Below are positions 59,967 through 64,000 of a stretch of 64,000 nucleotides of DNA, piece by piece (positions within the stretch are counted from its first letter, which is position 1; each line of letters begins with the position of its first letter). The notes beneath the pieces were generated by a model. The model did no database searches and was not told where the DNA came from. It saw only the letters and a list, made by a program, of their open reading frames with translations. The DNA is taken from contig OZ249437.1 in the NCBI GenBank assembly GCA_965235115.1, positions 18,786,001 through 18,850,000 of the forward strand, given 5' to 3'. The stretch is from Laetmonice hystrix (lineage: Eukaryota). A program made the translations under genes and the position numbers.

Positions 59967-60184
59967 CTTGAGTAAGATTATAATGGAGTATTAATTTCAT
60001 AATGTTCAGCAAATCCAAATCCATCATTTCCCAGTAATCTACACCAATTTTACAGGTTGTGGTATATACAGCCATGCGAGTGCCGACAGCAAAAATCAGA
60101 ACTGTCCCTTTGGTATGGAGGGAGCCTAAGCCTAGACTTGAGTAAAAAAAACTGGTTTTCCGAGGACATTATTTTTTGACTTAC

Positions 60185-60349
60185 TTTGTTTTGGGACCAG
60201 TGTCCTCCTCATCCCTGTCCTCCTCTTCATTGTCCTGACTGGTGGCAGTCAATCCAAGACCTGCCAAGATCTCCTCCTCCTCTGCCAGCTCAGCCTTCAG
60301 GCGAGCAACGTTATCTCGGTGTTTCTTGGAACCCTCGTGGTTGGCAAAT
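60185..60349 (-). CDS. DNAJC21: DNAJC21 exon, second half of zinc finger 1 plus acidic stretch (FANHEGSKKHRDNV...)
   Basis: NHExSKKH completes the finger; phase 2-2. Confidence 0.95.
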
Positions 60350-60516
60350 CTGCCATGGATGAGAAACAAGGATGGCATGACTCCTGCGGGGAGCATATGT
60401 GACCAGCATTCACCTCCTAAGGGGAGCATGTGTGACCTAACAGCCTCCCCTCCCGATCCTGACTGAGGAGTTATCAAGGTGCCCCTTGCTAGAAGATGCA
60501 TGACCCAAGAACTTAC

Positions 60517-60622
60517 TGTTTTTCTGATCTGAAGGCTCGATTACAGGCAACACAAAAGAGATCATCGTAAAGTTGTTCCGTGTCATCCTCCGGCGTGTCC
60601 TCCCTGCCATCCTCGTCAGATC
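60517..60622 (-). CDS. DNAJC21: DNAJC21 exon, first half of zinc finger 1 (DDLFCVACNRAFRSEKQ)
   Basis: CxxC of a C2H2 finger; phase 1-2; donor |gtaagt. Confidence 0.95.
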
Positions 60623-60857
60623 CTACCAAGGTCACAAACAGGTTGTCAATAAATCAAGAACTACAGTGTGTACACACCACAACATGTTTGATATTAGCAA
60701 ATACCACTGCGAGTTTATCACAACTTTCCCTATGTGCAAACTCTTTCTTGATAGGCAGAAGGTTTTTAACATCCTAAATAGATAAAAAGAAAACCCACCA
60801 AAAAGTCAAAATATTTTCTTCATCTCTAAAATATTAACTATGTACCAGTAAACTCAC

Positions 60858-60973
60858 CTGAGAGATTCTCTTCGTCTCCAAACTGTGCTGCTAGGTTTGC
60901 CTCGAGAGCCTGTAAGTCCGACTCCATGGCTGCAGAGGCAGACCAGCTGGCCTCTTTATAATTCTCCAGCTCT
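60858..60973 (-). CDS. DNAJC21: DNAJC21 exon (ELENYKEASWSASAAMESDLQALEANLAAQFGDEENLS)
   Basis: tttttag| ... G|gtgagt; phase 2-1. Confidence 0.9.
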
Positions 60974-61238
60974 CTAAAAATGGTATTATCAGGCTACCTT
61001 GAGACACACACAATGACAACATTCCAAGTTTGCCCAACTTATGTGAATTGTCACATTGTAAATTTATCTTTATTTTATTCTCATTAACTTTTAACCTCAA
61101 TTCACTGGTTCTTAAAAGTTTGTTTGGGCTTCATTGACCTTAAAGATTTCTGTTTATAAAAGATATAATCAATTAAAAATTATAGCATAACACTTGTGGC
61201 TCTCTTCTAATGTAAGATTCCATTCATGTTTTACATAC

Positions 61239-61318
61239 TTCATCCTTTCCTTCTGAGCTCTAAGTTTTCTTTCTGCAGCTTTCGCAGCCCCCTGAATGGC
61301 TCTTTCTTCCAACCGTTT
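61239..61318 (-). CDS. DNAJC21: DNAJC21 coiled-coil exon (KRLEERAIQGAAKAAERKLRAQKERM)
   Basis: ctccag| ... AA|gtatgt; phase 0-2. Confidence 0.9.
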
Positions 61319-61496
61319 CTGGAGAATGCAAGTTTAGCTTGTATGAGGTAAAATGCATAAACTATCCTGACAGTGCCAATAGTTTCCAAAGTCATGTTAA
61401 ATGTCCTGGAAAAATTGAATTATTAAAATTGTCTATTCTATCAGTCTTGCATGGTGCCTTGCATGGATACAGATGATGTTAAAATTCCACTGTTAC

Positions 61497-61547
61497 CTTC
61501 TGAGCCTGAACACGCTTGTCTCTCTTCCTCACAAACGCCACTAATGC
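61497..61547 (-). CDS. DNAJC21: DNAJC21 exon (ALVAFVRKRDKRVQAQK)
   Basis: LVAF.RKRDKRVQA motif; 51 nt, canonical splice sites. Confidence 0.95.
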
Positions 61548-61938
61548 CTGATAAATCAAATATATTTGGGGTTTAGTGTCTTAGTTCTGACAATCAGTTA
61601 TCACATGCTAGACTACGTTACAAAAATAGAAATCTCATCTTACAAATACATATAAACATATTCAGGTTGTTTGACAGGTTGATTGCATATAAAATACATT
61701 AAGGTTTGACCGTTATGAAAAAAGCATTTAAATATTGTACGGAGATCCTACTATTACTGGAGGTGCCTTTACTGAAATGGTTGAAAACAAGGGCATTCCA
61801 CTTGGATACTGACTGTAAAAGGCAAATATATTATATATTATGTAAAAATATCATGAATAGCAAACATTGTTAATTTTTGTCACAGACTATAACATGAAAT
61901 GTGTGATATTCGTGGCTTTTAGTCTGGAATCTTCTTAC

Positions 61939-62112
61939 CCGAACTTCATCATTGCGTTCTTTTCGTGCTTTATCACGGAGCTTTTTGTTTTCCTTTTCCA
62001 TGGCTCTGCGTACAGCACGATTTGGGGCCTCACGTGTGTCGTATTTCTCCATCCAAACATACGATTTTTTGGTACAGTAACTGTCCCAGTATGCATAGAA
62101 AGAATGTACAAC
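61939..62112 (-). CDS. DNAJC21: DNAJC21 exon ([58 protein letters not shown])
   Basis: Hallmark FYAYW...YDTR...[16 protein letters not shown]; 174 nt, phase 0-0. Confidence 0.97.
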
Positions 62113-62453
62113 CTAAGAAAGAAAGTCAATCCACACAAATTAGACACATCAGTCTCATTTCAGGGGAAATTATGTGTATAGAAATGGTCTGTCTGCACTG
62201 CTTACCTGAAGCATTTGGTGCAATTACTGGCCTCAGAATAAATCAATATCTAAGAATAAAAGTTGTCAAAATAACGTTACTCCTCATGCCCCAAGCAATC
62301 TTTCTCTTTAAATTTATCAGTTTATTATCTGGTACTGACAACGAAAAGCTGATTCTGCACTAAGAATGATAGCACTGCGACATTACCATTTGTTTCAACA
62401 ATTCTTTTAACGTGTTAATTCTTTTATAACAAAAATTTTACAATGCAACATAC

Positions 62454-62579
62454 TTCATCGTAATCACTTTGTGAGTTTCCAAAAGGCATTGCTTCCTCAT
62501 CACTGTCATTGTCATCATGGAAGTCCAAATCTTCCTGTGCAATTGTCTCAAATACTTTACTGTAAACACAGTAAAATCC
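62454..62579 (-). CDS. DNAJC21: DNAJC21 exon (GFYCVYSKVFETIAQEDLDF...PFGNSQSDYDE)
   Basis: GFY.VY..VF and FG.SQSDY motifs; 126 nt, phase 0-0. Confidence 0.95.
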
Positions 62580-63376
62580 CTGAAAATGAAAGTTCAATGT
62601 AAAGTTATATGAAACTGGTTACAAGCTTATGAAATGTAAAGCTGAGTAAAATGATATCCTATTCAAAGGAGCCCCAACATTTGCAGGCCCTACTTTATTT
62701 TATCAAGGACATACAACTTTTACTGCCTCTATTACATAAATTTCGACATTCTCAACCACCTCACTGCTACAGCCTTCAGAAACAACGACCATCAAAGCTA
62801 TGAGGAACATGTGACCTCTAAACGACCGTGACCTCACACCACACAGAATAACAAAGCACATATTGAGGCACAGACTGACAGCATTAACTGGTCACGTTGC
62901 CAGCATGTAGTCCTTAAGGTTATCAAACTGTACCCACCGACTGGCACCTCAGTTTATATAACCACTACGAGGTAATCAAGGTATATTCCAGCCTCATACA
63001 TTGAAATGAGCATTTTGTTATTAGTTACAGATTGTATAACACTGTTTTCATTACCATAAAAATACACACTTTTAACAAGCTCTAGGTTATATATCAATGA
63101 ACACTGGATGATTTGCAAGCCATATTGATTACGATCTATCAGTTCACAGCATGGTTAATACATCGATGTCTGTAACTCGTCAGGAAGTGGCTTCAAACTT
63201 AGGAACCTAATTCTACCTCTTAAAATTAGATTGAACTCCATATTTCATTTATTGATTGTGTACATCAACCAGACTACATTGCCTTTATCAAGTATTTGTA
63301 TACATAACAGCATCTGCAACAGTTTCTTGCTCTCTGCAATCAGGGGATAACTACAAAAGGGTGGACCTGTACTTAC

Positions 63377-63471
63377 ATTTTCATCATCACCAAATCCTGA
63401 ATAGCATGAGGTATTGAAGTATTCAAACACATTCAAACTTTTGTCATCATAGTGTTCTCCATGTCCCATAC
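63377..63471 (-). CDS. DNAJC21: DNAJC21 exon (GMGHGEHYDDKSLNVFEYFNTSCYSGFGDDEN)
   Basis: Resembles the post-J-domain segment of DNAJC21 (YF..TCYSG.GDDE). cttacag| acceptor, |gtaagt donor. Confidence 0.93.
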
Positions 63472-63877
63472 CTGTAAGATAACACACAAGTTACGGTACA
63501 TGAGATTATGTATACATGAAAACACATTCAAACTTTTGTCATCATAGTGTTCTCCATGTCCCATACCTGTAAGATAACACACAAGTTACGGTACATGAGA
63601 TGATGTATACATTCAAACTTTTGTCATCATAGCGTTCTCCATGTCCCATACCTGTAAGATAACACACAAGTTACGGTACATGAGATTATGTATACATGAA
63701 AACACATTCAAACTTTTGTCATCATAGTGTTCTCCATGTCCCATACCTGTAACATAACACACAAGTTACGCTACATGAGATGATGTATACATTCAAACTT
63801 TTGTCATCATAGTGTTCTCCATGTCCCATACCTGTAAGATAACACACAAGTTACATGTTATGAGATTATGTATTACA
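63429..63877. repeat. Alternating 95/85-bp tandem repeat containing the DNAJC21 splice acceptor and exon start, 5 copies
   Basis: catgtcccatacctgtaa at spacings of 95, 85, 95 and 85 bp. Confidence 0.95.
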
Positions 63878-64000
63878 TGAAAACTTTTGGAAAACGTAGA
63901 ATTTGGCAGGGCAAAATTAATGAAGCTAAACAAAGATCCAAGGTGTTTGAAGATTTTTAGATAGCCAGTAAAACTCTAAATGAACATCCTGGCTCCATGT

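Overview
Animal genomic DNA (spliceosomal GT-AG introns; the Rab3 C-terminus resembles molluscan/lophotrochozoan Rab3), with one assembly gap (39703-39840). I could build three protein-coding gene models by hand with consistent exon phases. (1) The 3' part of RAB3 on + (exons 2408-2526, 6419-6543, 24503-24690; the first coding exon lies upstream of the window). (2) An uncharacterised 846-aa multi-pass membrane protein on - (8 coding exons, 56223 to 41934). It has about 8 TM helices, a helical cytosolic domain and an S/P-rich tail, and sits under a candidate promoter with a perfect CRE next to an RFX X-box-like site. (3) The 3' part of DNAJC21 on - (14 exons, 63471 to 58377; J-domain exons lie outside the window). 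About 30% of the window (my estimate about 20 kb) consists of some 30-35 unrelated minisatellite arrays, and these explain nearly all the long ORFs in the supplied track. Small MITE-like elements and one tRNA-derived SINE are also present. The best leads are the RFX/CRE-driven orphan membrane protein, tandem repeats that have copied real splice sites (5 extra donors, 4 extra acceptors), a 44-nt candidate poison exon in DNAJC21, a 3.2-kb array repeating transcription-factor motifs, and an unexplained three-way-junction structure. Exon boundaries were read by eye, and repeat boundaries and copy numbers are approximate.
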